This document shows, in pieces, positions 13,443 to 26,800 of a stretch of 64,000 nucleotides of DNA. A model generated the notes under the pieces. It saw nothing but the letters and a program-made list of their open reading frames with translations, ran no database searches and had not been told where the DNA came from. Origin of the DNA: Kudoa neothunni. Its lineage: Eukaryota; Animalia; Cnidaria. The DNA lies in NCBI GenBank assembly GCA_964304625.1, contig OZ199839.1, positions 7,134,234-7,198,233 of the forward strand, given 5' to 3'. Position 1 is the stretch's first letter. The number at the start of each line of letters is the position of its first letter. A program made the translations under genes and the position numbers.

Positions 13443-14930
13443 CTAAGGTTTATATGCTAACCACATATCGATAAAACTAGTGGGTTGGGGGGATCCTATG
13501 TGTGTGATAGTACAATCCTCAGCAATAAAAAACGCACTTCCCTTTGAAACTACAATGTCTTGATAACGCGTTTTATCGTTCTCAATCTGTAAAGTTAAAA
13601 TGATATGCTGAGAGCCGGTGTCGAACACCAAAACAATACTATTGGATTTGAGGTGAATATTGTGGATGGAAGGTTTCCAACATTGATCCCATTTTATCTA
13701 TAAACAGTCAAATAACCACTTAATTAAAAATTATTATGTTACTTTGAAATGAGTCACCGCAAATTCTTCTATGGCGGGAGAATAATTAATGCTAACTGAA
13801 CCGAAAGAATCGAGCGCAACAAACGAAGGTTCTACAGTGAAATCGTGTAAAGATTTTGGCGCAAAATCCACCAATTTTAAAGCGGTATCAATATCTTTAA
13901 ATTTTGGAGTGAGACCCAACCGAATCACATTATCACTGTTAGACATGCATTCAATACACTCTAAAAATAAAATAATTTGAATTCAAACACATCAGCTATT
14001 CTAACCTCCATAAATGTAGGCGTGTGGTATGTTGGGCCGAAGAAAAATAGCCTGGCCGGGCTCCAACACAAACACATTCAAAAAATACAAACAAAAACAT
14101 CCAAAATCATTTGGATACAATTTTGAAATAGTTAGAAATAGCTCGGACAAATTTGCCCCATCGTTTAATGTATCAGTTGGGTTTTTGTTTGATAGAATTT
14201 GACTACAATGTTGGCGTTGAGCTGCTACAGATTCTGACACTTGGTTCACCTCTAGTTTGGCCATATATTCAAAACATTGTTTATATAATTTGGTGATTTG
14301 AGTTGTGTCGGTTGTTTCAGCCAGGGAACCTTTTAAATTTTCGAATAACTCAGGGCCTATTATTTTCTTTATGGCCGGGTTCCGCTGAAGCAACTGCTGC
14401 ATCTCTGACAACGGTCTGAACCCACACATAGCTGTAAACTTGGACACAGCTAAACAACTCTATTGATATGGTTGTTGCTAATGGACAATTGGTACCTATT
14501 GCAACTTCAGGCTTGTGGTTGGAGTCGTTGTAAACTTGTGGAAATTGCTTAAAAAGTTGTTCTGCACAAGTTTTATTAGGATGAGCCTGTATTGAAAGCA
14601 CATCGTTCACCGACAACACCTTGAAAAGATAAGGCAATTTCTCCAGTCCTTTTGCACATATTAATTCATCCAATGTCAAAGTTCCCGATGATGGTATTGA
14701 TGAGGAAATTATTTTAGAAGGTCCATTCTTGTGAGTTCCCAACCATAACTATGCGAAATATTTCAGACTAACTTTAATTAAGACTTAACTACTTCAGCAT
14801 AAGGCTTATTTGGGTCGAAAGCATCAATAATACCACATGCTAACGCCAGCTTTGAAACCATGCTTTCAGCACCCTTCTTTCCCCATGCATAATTCTGAAT
14901 GGAATAATCAAGCGCAAAGCATAACTCCAT
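13443..14930 (-). CDS. MPI: Mannose-6-phosphate isomerase, class I
   Basis: QNYAWGK, PYAE|LWLGTH, LPYLFKVLSV...SIQAHP, DSNHKPE, PHAY, ECMSNSDNVIRLGLTPK; exons join in frame. Confidence 0.97.
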
Positions 14931-15404
14931 CGATACAGTCAGCAGAAGTTATCACGCACATGTTATAATCTCAAGTTAATAAAAGTATTCCCTCCTTATG
15001 AATATCATGATATTACACGCATATTTTTTATTGTATTTAGCATCAAAAATAATTCAATATATACATCCAAATATTAATATTTCTTTGTTGATGATCACGT
15101 GATTATTTGTCATGTTTCGTTCGGAAGTCCATATTTATTTAAATTACTGAAAATGTTCTAATTGATTAATATAAGAGTAATATACGGTGTACTTATAAAT
15201 AATGTATATAACATACGAAAAATCCTTGTGTTTTCTTGCACAAGCGCGTTGAGGATACATAAAAACTTTAATTAAATTAATGAGTTATTGTTCTTTCGAA
15301 AAAAATAAGTCATTCTTATAGTTTTGTTATTCCAATTGAATATTCTAAACAATTAATCTCCTTTCATTTATACATATTTTCGGCCTGTAAATCAATTTTT
15401 TATG

Positions 15405-15650
15405 GAAGTGCCTGTTGGCACGGTATGTAATATTCAGGCAGGGGGTACTAATTTTGTCTATATTATTTATTACTGAGCCCTAGGATCGAAGTGGTGATTC
15501 AGAAATAATTAAATATAACATACTCAAAAAATTAAATCTATAAACAGCTTGAAAATAGAAGTTGCTGAGATAAAAACTTCCCAGCGCGCAAGCGTATATG
15601 CGTACATGTTGTTTAGGATTAAATTTTACCGTTCCAATAGCCTGTGCCTT
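15405..15650. repeat. Copy of an unclassified dispersed repeat family
   Basis: Segments align with 19815-19850, 38540-38640, 55299-55490, 55915-56070, 56264-56360 and 62445-62530 (shared GGAAGTG.CTATTGRCACGG.T.T.ATATYCAGG or adjacent blocks). Confidence 0.6.
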
Positions 15651-15757
15651 TTTTATTACCACCCCGAATTAAATTATAATGCGATTTATGCTTGCTTGAG
15701 GAAATTTTATTTAATAAAATCTAAAGTTATTCTGCAGATTTGTCATGAAAAATAAAA

Positions 15758-16601
15758 GGCAGTGTCCATTTCACAGGTACCTGATAATCCCCTTGTGGAA
15801 CTGACTACTCCGCAGGCAATTAATATCTCTAAAACTAACAGATAGAATTCATTGTAATTTTGTATATTGAAATTACTTCAATAAATATCATTGTTACAAA
15901 TTCCTCGACAAATGTACATATTATATACTTATGGTGATATGAAGGGGGTTAAATCCAAAATAGAAATGCGTAAGTTTAACAGAACAATAATTTTTGAATT
16001 TTCTTTTATTCCATGATTCATTCTTGGCGTGCATATTAGTATCACCGAAAATACATCGATATGCAATTTCGTAGTAACGAAAAGTGGATTGGTCGATTTA
16101 GTTATTGTGCTTTTAATATTTGAGAGGATTCTTCCTGGCATTAATACATGCTAAAATATTATGTCGTTTCATAAATCTTTATAGCACTTTCTGATTCATC
16201 AAAAGAATTAAACTTAATGTCAACGTTAGATAAATTCTGATTCATCACTCTAACGCACTAATTAATGAGTAACACACACATAATCACAAACAATTATCGT
16301 TATAGATTTTCAAAACTGTTTAATAAATTTGTGAACGAATACTTTGATTGCTGTCTATTTCTGAAGTTAAAAAACCTGTTCACATTCAGTCACGTGCGTC
16401 ATTTTAAGGTCATCTATATAACATATCTGTATATATATATGTATATATATGCTTAAAAACTTATAAATCAATTGCTCTTTATGGATTATGTGAATATATA
16501 ATTTTTCTACAAATTCTAAAGATTAATTTTAGAGCTATTAATCACCTGTGAAATAGCCCGTTCCACAAGGGGATTCAGGTACCTGTGAAATGGCCACTGC
16601 C
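15758..16601. mobile_element. Non-autonomous TIR element with 9-bp TSD (Merlin- or MULE-like)
   Basis: About 80-bp TIRs beginning GGCAGTG.CCATTTCACAGGTACCTGA; perfect flanking AAAATAAAA on both sides. Confidence 0.8.
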
Positions 16602-17717
16602 AAAATAAAAAATGGATTTTATAATGTAAAAATAATTTTAGAGGAACTCATATAGCATCCTATAACTGGGCGGTTTAATTAGTTTAATTTATTTTATTAA
16701 ATATGTATCACATCACATCACATCAAATTAAATTAAATATTAGATTATTAGAAAATTTGGTCTATCTAATATATAATGAGAGGAATTTGATTGTCAATAT
16801 TTGAATATATCCTATTGCCTACGTTTGTGGTCGACAAATTAAGTGAAAGAACTTGTTTGCTGAATTTCCATCAATTGGAGATCTAAATTGCAATGGAACG
16901 AATTTTAGTCAATTGATGTGTATAAGATTAAAAAATATTGTACGATTTACTGATATTCCATAAATATTAAGAGAATGAATAAAAATATTCTAAATAAAAC
17001 TCCAGGCACAACTGCATTCGCGTCGTTAATAATTTGTTGTTTAATAAATTATTTCTCCATATTTTTGATGATGATCAGTACAATACCATTATTACTAGGG
17101 AGTACAAAATTGGGTCGTTAAATTATAGGAATAAATGGAACGAATTAATTCTAATGTAAATGAAACTGTACATAGGAATCAACACGTACAATCGAGATTT
17201 GGTACCGCGTAATTCCAGCTTTATTCCTTATAAAAAAAATTTAATTCTGTAGTATTGTCATCACTTTACCATTGTGTAAATATATTTAATATTAGAAAAA
17301 TAGTATTTATACACAAAGTCTCGTGATTGCGCGCAAAATGTTGACTGCATGGTTATTTGTTGTTCGCAAAAAAATCCTATCTCAACTATAAGTTTAAGAT
17401 GCAAGATTTTATGCAAAAATTAAAATCCCTCCCTTTATTAAATCCAATAAAAACGTTTACCGTTATTTTATTTAATAATTAAGTTTTCTATTTGTTATTT
17501 AGTGATAAAAAGAACAATCGTTCTGGCATACTACCTATAATGCGAAAGTTAATCATTCCGCAAACTAATGATACATTAGTGGTTATTTGATGATTAAAAA
17601 GATAATTTAACGACAGCAGAAACAAAATTGGAACACATTCGAACAGAAGACTATCATGTGAATTTTCCTGTTTTTGTTTTCCTCCTTATTATGCAGATTA
17701 ATAATTATCAGCACATT

Positions 17718-19055
17718 CTAAGTTGTTAAGCGACGAAGCTTTGATGGTGAACTAAAAACACAATGGAAAAAAGCTAAATTAACAATCGAAAAATACCATC
17801 GGGCGGAACGAGTTCGAAACTGGTAGTCGAAGGCTTTTGTTCATCATGCTCTTTTAAAATCTAAACAAAAATCCTTCGTTATATGTACACTGAAAGCAAT
17901 AGATTGCCTTTTTGGTAAATTCTTCAACTTCGCTTGGAGAAACTTTTTCAGTGGCAGATTCAACTTGAGTACATTTACTAATAAATTCACATAAAAGCCG
18001 AGTCCGACCAATCACAAGATATTTTGTATTGTACATTGTTAAACCTTTGGGATCAATTTGCCCTCCAATCAAAGCTTTCCAATGTTCATGGCATCGGTGA
18101 ATGACACTTATGGCAAAATCAGCAGGCTTATACTCGCCATTGAAGGCGAATGAGTTGAAACCTTTTCCTGTGGGAACTTTTATAATTTTTTAAACCACAT
18201 AACTGTTGACTATAAAAATCCCCACATCAAAATTAGTTGATTGGATGGGCTCGAAATCAACTATAATAAAATACTTCCAAAAGACCAGGTTTATGTTGGT
18301 TGATATCGGCAATAGCTGAAACAATAGGTGATTAATATTTGTGTAAAAATCACTCAAGCTACTGTTGATTTTATCAAAAAGAGGGTCACCAGAGTTGATT
18401 GTCAATATTTTCCAATCAGTTTCACCTTCATCTATCAATGCAATGCATCCAATAGCCTTGACAGTGTAGATGCCTCCACGTTCAAGAACTTTTTCGCCGA
18501 TTTCCAACGCATCAATGGGATCGTTGTCACCTTTGGCGCCGGCATCAGGATCCTTCACATTGGGATCACTCCCAGGTTTGTGGTATGGCACCGTAATTCC
18601 AAGGATAACCATGATGGGGGAATATGTTATGAACAAATCTTGGTTTGCCATTTTTTTTGTCTTGTTTTATTGGGCTGTAGAGTGTTGAAGTGGAAATCTT
18701 AAAATATTTTTCGTGTTAATCAGCTACCGCGGCTAATTTTTTAAGAAATAAATATAGTGCCTACTTCCATTTTGGCATTGGTCCATCGTGGAATCTCAAC
18801 AATCATATTAAATAGACCCTTCTATTACATAATAACTCGTAAGTTCCAATGCGGCTATTCATCACATAAATTTACCGATGAATCAGCCACATAATGGAAT
18901 ATCGTGAAAAGGGGGAAATAACTTTTTGTGTGCGAATTACATTCTACCCAAAAATCATATATAAGTACTCAACTCCACATAACCTACTTATGTAAAGAGA
19001 GTAATCTAAAGTGAATAGCTTCCCAATATCAATCTTTGAATATTGTACGGTTCAT
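17718..19055 (-). CDS. PPA1: Soluble inorganic pyrophosphatase, family I (multi-exon; several +1 indels)
   Basis: [16 protein letters not shown]; [14 protein letters not shown]; [13 protein letters not shown]; [11 protein letters not shown]; ISPFHDIPL and WFKNYKVP appear after single-base corrections. Confidence 0.95.
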
Positions 19056-19436
19056 ACTGTTTTTTAAGGTACCCAAGATGATCGGAAGTAGTCGGGAGGT
19101 TAAGTAGCTGACTATTTACATATGATTTTTCATTAGTTTCTCTATACTTCAATAAAAATTGTATTAAAATGTGACATTTTACTCAAACAAATACATTTTC
19201 TTCATGAATGTGCATATTATAAAATAAATCAATCAATGACGGCCTATGATGAGTCATGAGTAATCCATATGTAATACCCCAATTTAACTTCGTGTAAATA
19301 ATTATAAATGGTTTATGATATAAGATAATGTAAATGATGATAAGTTAAAAAAAATTCTTTTATTTTACATTAATATCAATGTATCAACACTTTTGTTTTT
19401 TACTCGTAATATTTGGATGAATCGCTAATCTCAAAA

Positions 19437-20082
19437 ATGGAGGAGCGTCGATCGTGGTTTGTAAAGCACGCGATTAATTCCCATCAGAAGTTGTTGTTCA
19501 CGCATTCTATAGAAGCGTTTTCAAACGTTAATGCTGTTAATTTGCAGTGAAATCCATTTATAAGGATTACAGAAATATGTAATTCTTTAATCCTTATAAT
19601 TCGAGTTCGTGCTTTATACTAAGAGCACGGGAATCATCTTTTAGCAATGAAAATGACAATCGGCATGGCAAATAATATTCAGGCGTGGGTAGTTCCGACT
19701 AAATTTAATTATTTTTGGTCCATTATTTCGCTCTCTGAGGTTCAGAAATAATTACATATAGAAAATTTAAAAAAATTAAATCTTAGTACATCTTGTGAGT
19801 AAGAGTCGATGGGATTAAAATTAACCGTGCCAATAGTCTCTGCCTTTGACAATTAGGAAACTAAATGAATGATTACCCATTAAAATTTAGTCATAGAGAG
19901 ATCTTATTAAATTTGTATATTTGGTGTAATTAGAGCTCATACTTTTTTCTAATTTCCGCAATAACAAATTTATTCTTTTTCAGTATCTCGAGAATTTATT
20001 CCCATGGAGAACTAAGATAGAAGTTGTCGTTCTCTTTTTGCCATGTAACGAAACGATGGCGAATAATAAACTTAGCACTTAA
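19437..20082 (+). CDS. Candidate multi-exon gene of unknown function, divergent from PPA1
   Basis: AAAAATG start MEERRSWFVKHAINSHQKLLFTHSIEAFS; GT-AG-bounded open segments LLAMKMTIGMANNIQAWVVPTKFNYFWSIISLSE and YLENLFPWRTKIEVVVLFLPCNE; exon phases not fully resolved. Confidence 0.4.
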
Positions 20083-21132
20083 TAACGCAATTATTAACAT
20101 AATTGGCCAAGGTCGGTTCAAACTTGGAAAAATAACAAACATTAAATTATTTATATAATCGATCTTTATTTCAAATCAATTATAAAAAAATTTTAGATAT
20201 TTAAATTTTGTAGAAATTAATTTTCATAGGTGTTAATAATATATGTTTCGAAGATCGATTTTTAATGATGAATCGATTAACTTAAGGGTTTAAGCAAATC
20301 ATATTTTGGATAAACTTGACCTCGATTAATTTCCGCAATAGACAGTTAGCTGTATCAGAATCGGTCTAACACAATTTATTTCATCTTCGGTTGAATAATT
20401 GTTGGCTGGGAACAATAAAATACGCCAGCGAAAATTTTTTTAATTTTCAATAAGATGTGTAATAATCATTTCAAGAGATGCGCATGCATTAAATAATTTC
20501 AAGTTAACATTAACAGATTACACAGATTAGCCCATTTAAGGTTTGTGTAATATTTTATAGTTGAATTTAGACATGTTAAAATTCACATTTCTTATGTAAG
20601 GATCATAGGGTTATACGATATTTTTTAAATCCGTAAACCATATAATTTGTGCGCGAACAGTCATTAGAGTTTAAATGCAACAAAATTTTATTATTCTTTA
20701 TATCTATATCAATTTGATATGTGTAAAAAGTTTTGATGGTATTACTTTTATACATATTCTAATTTACATGTAAGAAATTTTTGTTATTTGTATTAAAAAA
20801 GTAAAAAGTTGGAATGTAATCAATTTTTACATATGCCCATGTTCTTTTTATTAAGAAATCACCTTAGAGGTTAAAATCCATAAGAATAAAAGAAGATTCT
20901 CATACGTAAAAACATCGAATAAAAATTAAATTATGTTAATTTTTGTATTGATTATTTAACGGATCAATATTTTATTTGAATCAAGTAAAAAATAGATTTC
21001 AGATTGTAAACTTCAATAATATAATAACGAAGATTTAACATAATACAAAAATTTAATTTGGATTAATCATGTACGTTTCCCAAAATAGGAAAAACGGAAG
21101 TTATTATTTTCTAATTTTCAAATATCCCTTAA

Positions 21133-21371
21133 CGGCTAACCATTGGATTCGCGCGTCCACCTCCCTATTATTTTGTTGTAAAAATCTGTTAATAATTTGT
21201 GTAATTTCGCCAAACCATTAACTATTTTTATTATGTCGGCCGGGTAGATAATGCTTTTTTTAAAAATGTAGATGAAATTCTGACGAATATACACAAAATA
21301 TAACATGCATAACAACAAAATTTATAAACAAAATAATATAAAGATGGGCGCATGGAACTGAAGGTTATCCT
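21133..21371. mobile_element. TTAA-flanked MITE (Kolobok-like termini)
   Basis: TTAA-CGGCTAACC...GGTTATCCT-TTAA with about 35 bp of imperfect inverted match. Confidence 0.45.
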
Positions 21372-21573
21372 TTAAGGGGATAATAAAATAGGAAATCGAT
21401 TAAATAGCTAACTCATTCCGTATAATATTAGGATTTTTGTCTATCAACAAACGTTTAACCTTTTTATGATTATATTTATACTTATATACATCAAAACCAA
21501 GCTTTTTTCAGTAAGTCCCAACAATAAATAAATATAAGTAGGTTTCTGTGATCAAAACTTTGAATTGTGTTAA

Positions 21574-22722
21574 CCCTCCCTGGACGATGTGGGGTCTTTC
21601 GAGACCCTATTTTTCGTAAATCTGTGTTTTTACCCATCAGAACTCTAAATTCTGACTTGTAAATTCGTGTAATGTCTTATACTTATGCGAATTTTGTTTG
21701 TATAAACTTTTGTAAAAAAGAAACGGCGTATATTATGGTAAAAAAATGTGTTCAATGTGCCGTCGGTCAATTAACTCACCTTAAAAATCATTTTTTAAGT
21801 GTAACATCAAATATTATCTTATTACATAGCAATAAAGTACTTATAATGGCACGAATAAACTAAAAATGTATGGAGAAGGTTATAGTTTTTATTTCTCTCC
21901 ACGTTGTATAAAAGGACTCCGATGACGTCAAAGAATAGTTTTAGGGATTCACGCTAGTACTTACCAAGACGTGCTAATTTTTTAATAATTTTGGCGATAT
22001 CATATTGTTGATATGTTTTTATAATATTCACTAATGTTTATCATTTATTAAAATATAACGTTTCAATGGATCCTAGAAACGCCCATACATATTTTCTTTC
22101 TACATACAGTATAATCATAATGGATTAAATTCTGCAACTTAGATTCATCTTTAAATATTAATTAGGATGGCGCAAAAGTAATTGGGTTGAAGATAAGAAT
22201 TAACTAATTTTTGGAAAATATAAAATAATAATAAACCCCCCAAAAATGAACACTAATTAAAATTTGGATCATAACATACATTTTCATTCCGTTCAGTGAA
22301 TTAGATCAAGTATAATCAACCAACCAACGTAGAGATTACCGAGGTCCAACCGTGTTGTGTAACCCACGGGATGTGTTGTCGTTTGTCTTATTATTTGTGA
22401 AAATAATAACCGGGAAGCATTTATTTTGTTTCGTACTGATCGAAATGGATTTGAAATAGTTGTTTCTATCTTATAAGCTTAACGATATAATGGAGTATGG
22501 GAGGCTATATTCGTAACGGTTATTGAAAATGTTCTTGAAATTTTATATTGATTCACTTATAATTTAATTATTCGGATACTATTTTTAATAGTCACAAATA
22601 TACTCTTTGTAAATATCAAAAATTAAGAGAAAATACAATCGCTATAATAGAAAAACGTCTGGGATACCTTAGGTATCCCCATGGTTACACGCGTAAGTTT
22701 TTTGAGCGCGGTCCTTCGATGG
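21574..22722. mobile_element. Non-autonomous piggyBac-like element
   Basis: TTAA-CCCTCCCTGGAC ... GTCCTTCGATGG-TTAA; subterminal palindromes GGGTCTTTCGAGACCC and GGGATACCTTAGGTATCCC; similar right end near 50385-50426. Confidence 0.65.
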
Positions 22723-22777
22723 TTAACTAACTAACTAGCTAACGATTTTTTATCGTCTAATGATTAATGTAATAGAA

Positions 22778-23078
22778 CAGGGGTAGCCAAACCACGACTC
22801 GCGAGTCACATATGGCTCTTGAAAAATTAGATTCGGTTTATTGTTTCATTAAATTTTGCTCATAAAATTATTTGGACATTTTGAAAGTCGTAGGATCATG
22901 CAGTTATCATGAATAAGAACGCATGAACTTAACATTAATCCGTCATTAATTAAAAATTTTAGACGGAATATAGTACAATAACAAGCCCCGAAATATAATT
23001 TTTACTCCTAGAGGCTCCGAAAAATTTGAAATTCATTAAATGCGGCTCCCATATTTGAGCAATTCTGACCACCCCCTG
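22778..23078. mobile_element. hAT (Charlie-like) MITE
   Basis: CAGGGGTAGCCAAAC ... TGCGGCTC ... TGACCACCCCCTG; degenerate 8-bp TSD TAATAGAA/GTACAGAA. Confidence 0.7.
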
Positions 23079-23891
23079 GTACAGAAATTACTAAATTTTC
23101 CACTCAAATAATTGTGATTATTCATAATTATTTAGCTAACAGAAAGTGGTCATATTTATTTTCTCATTAAATTATAAAAATCACAAATACGATCTTGAGA
23201 AGTTGTGAAATATTTATTTAGATGCAAAAAGTAAATTTACAGATAAAGTAATAATAATTACAAAAATTTTTTTCATTATAAATAGGAAAATTTACTTTAC
23301 ATTTAAATTTTTATCATATGACATTATGTCATATATCGAAGCATTAAAATAATTTCAAAAAGTTGTGCAATAATAATAAACATGTGTGATCAATATAACA
23401 AGCATAAGATTAATCAGATAATTTTAAGTATATAACTAACACAGCTATTAGACAAAATTGACAAATATTTTAGCATTACATTCGTTATTCTCATATATCT
23501 TATAAAAACGCCTAATCCTTACATAAATTTAGTTTAAAAAATAGAAATGATTATTTTTAGTAGGAATTATTGTTACGATAAGCGAAAGTTTACATAAATT
23601 TAAGACCCAGCATAATACCGCACAACTTTTTGTTGATCCATTCCACAATTAACTCTTGCTATAAAACTCAATGTTAAAAAAATATATTATAATTACGCTA
23701 ATTAATATATATTATTTAATATTTTAAATTAACATTAAAAAATCTCTTGAAAATTAGGAGTAGATTAATTAGGAAGGTGTTTATTATTCGTTACTTCAAC
23801 ATCCGCGATGAATCATGAAATTCTTTTCACTTTAAATATTAAAAAAACAGTCAAATTTTCAAAATTTTTTCAAATTAATGATCACTTAGCA

Positions 23892-26800
23892 ATGTCTACC
23901 AAATGTCTTTACACACATTGCATAACTCACAGACCACGTGATAAAATAAATGGGGCGTAATGGCCGTTTGATTATATTTCTTCCTGAGTATTCCAAACGT
24001 TGCATTGAAAATCAATTAAAATATGGCAACAATGACAAAAAAGTCTGATACCAGCGTAAGAAACTATTGGAGTTACCTAGTAGAAGCTACAATGGAATGT
24101 ATTCGACTTGCTTACGATACGTCGAATAAAAATGACACTTTAATGATGGCTATACCAAATATAAAGGAGAATAAGTGCGATAAGTTTGGTGTGCAGTTTG
24201 AGGAATTCAAATTTCTATCAACGATGTATGTCTGCATTTATTTGTGCAAAGAAAGAAAAATTATTTCATAACGAGATGGATTGGTTTACATATTTGGATA
24301 TATGCTTGAATAAGATTCCTGAATCGGATACAAAATTCTTCAGCTATTAAGGGCCCAACTACAGCAATGTCAAGATGTTCATATTTACACATTCAATTTT
24401 ATAACCAAATCGTCTGCTGACGAGCCAAATGTGATTAAATTGAATTCAAAAATAGATCAAATGAGTCAACTTTGAGGTATGTTGAACAAAAAACTATTGT
24501 TTCAATAATTTTAGAGCTCGAATACAACTTTCATTATGGAATATCAACCACACCAACAAAGAGTTAGATGAGGCGTTTTCTTTATTAAAATCTGACACAG
24601 TATTTTTTGTCTTGTAGAAAAATTCCTCGCTTTATATATATATAAATATAGTTGACAATTAACCATATTCGGTATAACGAGATGGTAACATCAGCCCAAA
24701 AAATTTCTACTTAATGATATGAAATTGATTGTGGCTCGTATTTCCAACATACCAATGAAAGTATCGTTTGTGAGAGATGGTTTAAATGAGGCTGACTTTT
24801 GACTTTTAGGTTGAAAAAAATGGAGAGAGTGTTCGGTCAAATTTTGTCGATATCGTCATGCCTAAAGCTATGACTCACGCTTTGTCACAGCCACCTCAAG
24901 ATTTTTCAAAGACCTATATCAAAACTTTTTCGATTTTTCTGGTTCCTCCGTAGGTAGGATAATGAGAACCCTCCCTGAGGGGGGTGGACTTCCTGAATAT
25001 GTTCCAACCAAGGTGACGGTCATTGATCAACCCACAGATTCAAAGCCAGATGTCGAGTTCAATTGGCTTTCACAGCGTCATATCCCATTCTTATAGTATT
25101 TGAGAAAAAAGCTGTTTTTGAGTCCGACATTTTTTTTAAATCCTCATAGAATCACATTGTGCTTCAGGGCCGTTGGTTAAGTTTACTTTTTGGAAAGTAT
25201 TTAATAATTTTGCGCCAACACTGTTAAATTCTAAGTATATTTTAACGCATATTTGAATAATTAGTTACGAAAAAATCAAAACGAATGTCTATTATCGTAT
25301 CTCTTCAACGGTATTTTAGCGTTGTTTTGTTAATTTAAAGTGTGCGCTTTGGTTCGTAGAAAACAAAACCTACCTGAATACACTGATCAAACGGGGTCGA
25401 AAATTTTGTCACATGTCCTTCTAGCTTACAACGGTGATAATTTGAATAGGTTGTTGTGATGACGTTAATTACTCTTTTTAGAAGTTCTTTATGTGCAGAA
25501 TTATCAAATGTACGTCAGTCCGGTTGCTAAGCCTCCTTCAACGATTTTAGGCCCTGGTGGGGGTATCACGGATTACCGAATACCTGTAACTGATTGTTTT
25601 TTATAATATTTTAAATAAATTTAATTAAAAATAAATGTGAAATGATAATTGTTAATCTCAGCAACTCCAACTTACAATCTGGTTGTAGATTTAATTTTTT
25701 AGAATCTGCTATATTTAATTATTCCCCATGCCAATAGCCATTTCCTTCTTAAATATCTAATTACATTATATTTTTCCAAAAAAAATTAATTTGGGTCAAT
25801 TATTTTTATATTTTCAATAATTAAAATGTATTTTTAATCATTAGATTTTCCCCATTCTTTTTATGCGCATGCGCGCCACGATTTTTTATATTAAAAAATT
25901 TAAGAATGCCTTTAAAAATTAATCAAAAATCTATATATATATATATTAAATTTATAAAAAAATTTAAAATATAAAATGTACAACAAATTTCTTAATGTTT
26001 TGCAGATTAACATAATTTACAAACGAAATTGACTTCTAGTCTTTATCAAGGAAAATATAATAGTTGTTTGTTCCTTAAAAATAAAATATTATAATTTAAA
26101 TTACTTACCTAATTTATTGAACTGTCCTGTAAATATATTTTGAGTTAAATTGTTGTTTAGGAGTTTATAGATTTCATGAAAATGAATAGACTTGCTCCTG
26201 TTGTTAGAAAAAGCTCGCTGCCCACCCAAAAAATATATCGATTATTCAGTAGGGCTAGAACATTGGATCGAATTTTATTTCGTTTTCTTTAGATTTTAGC
26301 GACCATCGTAAGCGAAAACATTTGAACATAGTTTATCCAGACAACCTTCCACTATGAATTTGTACAAAAAGAATCCTGTTAACATTTGTAACTAATTCTG
26401 TTTTTGACGCAATTTTTTTGATCTTACTTAGCTTTGTTTCTGATGGCTATATCCACACAGTATTGGCCACTCACAGCTTCCGCCACGCTTATCTTCAACC
26501 TAAAAGTACTTGCCTATTTACTTATTTACATTCGCATGCTCATCACATTCCGTTGACCAAAATACCATTCCTATAATTAATTGTAACTCAAAAATAAGAC
26601 TTTAATGCCGTTTTTTAATTTGTTGAATTTAAATTCTGGAGTGCACTTAACAGTCAGCATCAAAGATAACCAGTAAATATAGATGTAAGAATAATTATAA
26701 GAAGAAGTCTTTATGTTAGTTTTATCGATTGGTGACACTTAAATAATTACTTTTACATTTATTAATTAGTCGTGAGACAGGCATTATAATGATCGTGTAA

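Noticed and set aside
18560-18575. In-frame TGA after QTWE as possible selenocysteine or alternative code
   Set aside because: The downstream conserved sequence is in another frame, so it is a +1 indel and not readthrough; TAA, TAG and TGA all end genes in this window.
18328-18702. Plus-strand ORFs of 124 and 72 aa
   Set aside because: Antisense to conserved PPA1 exons.
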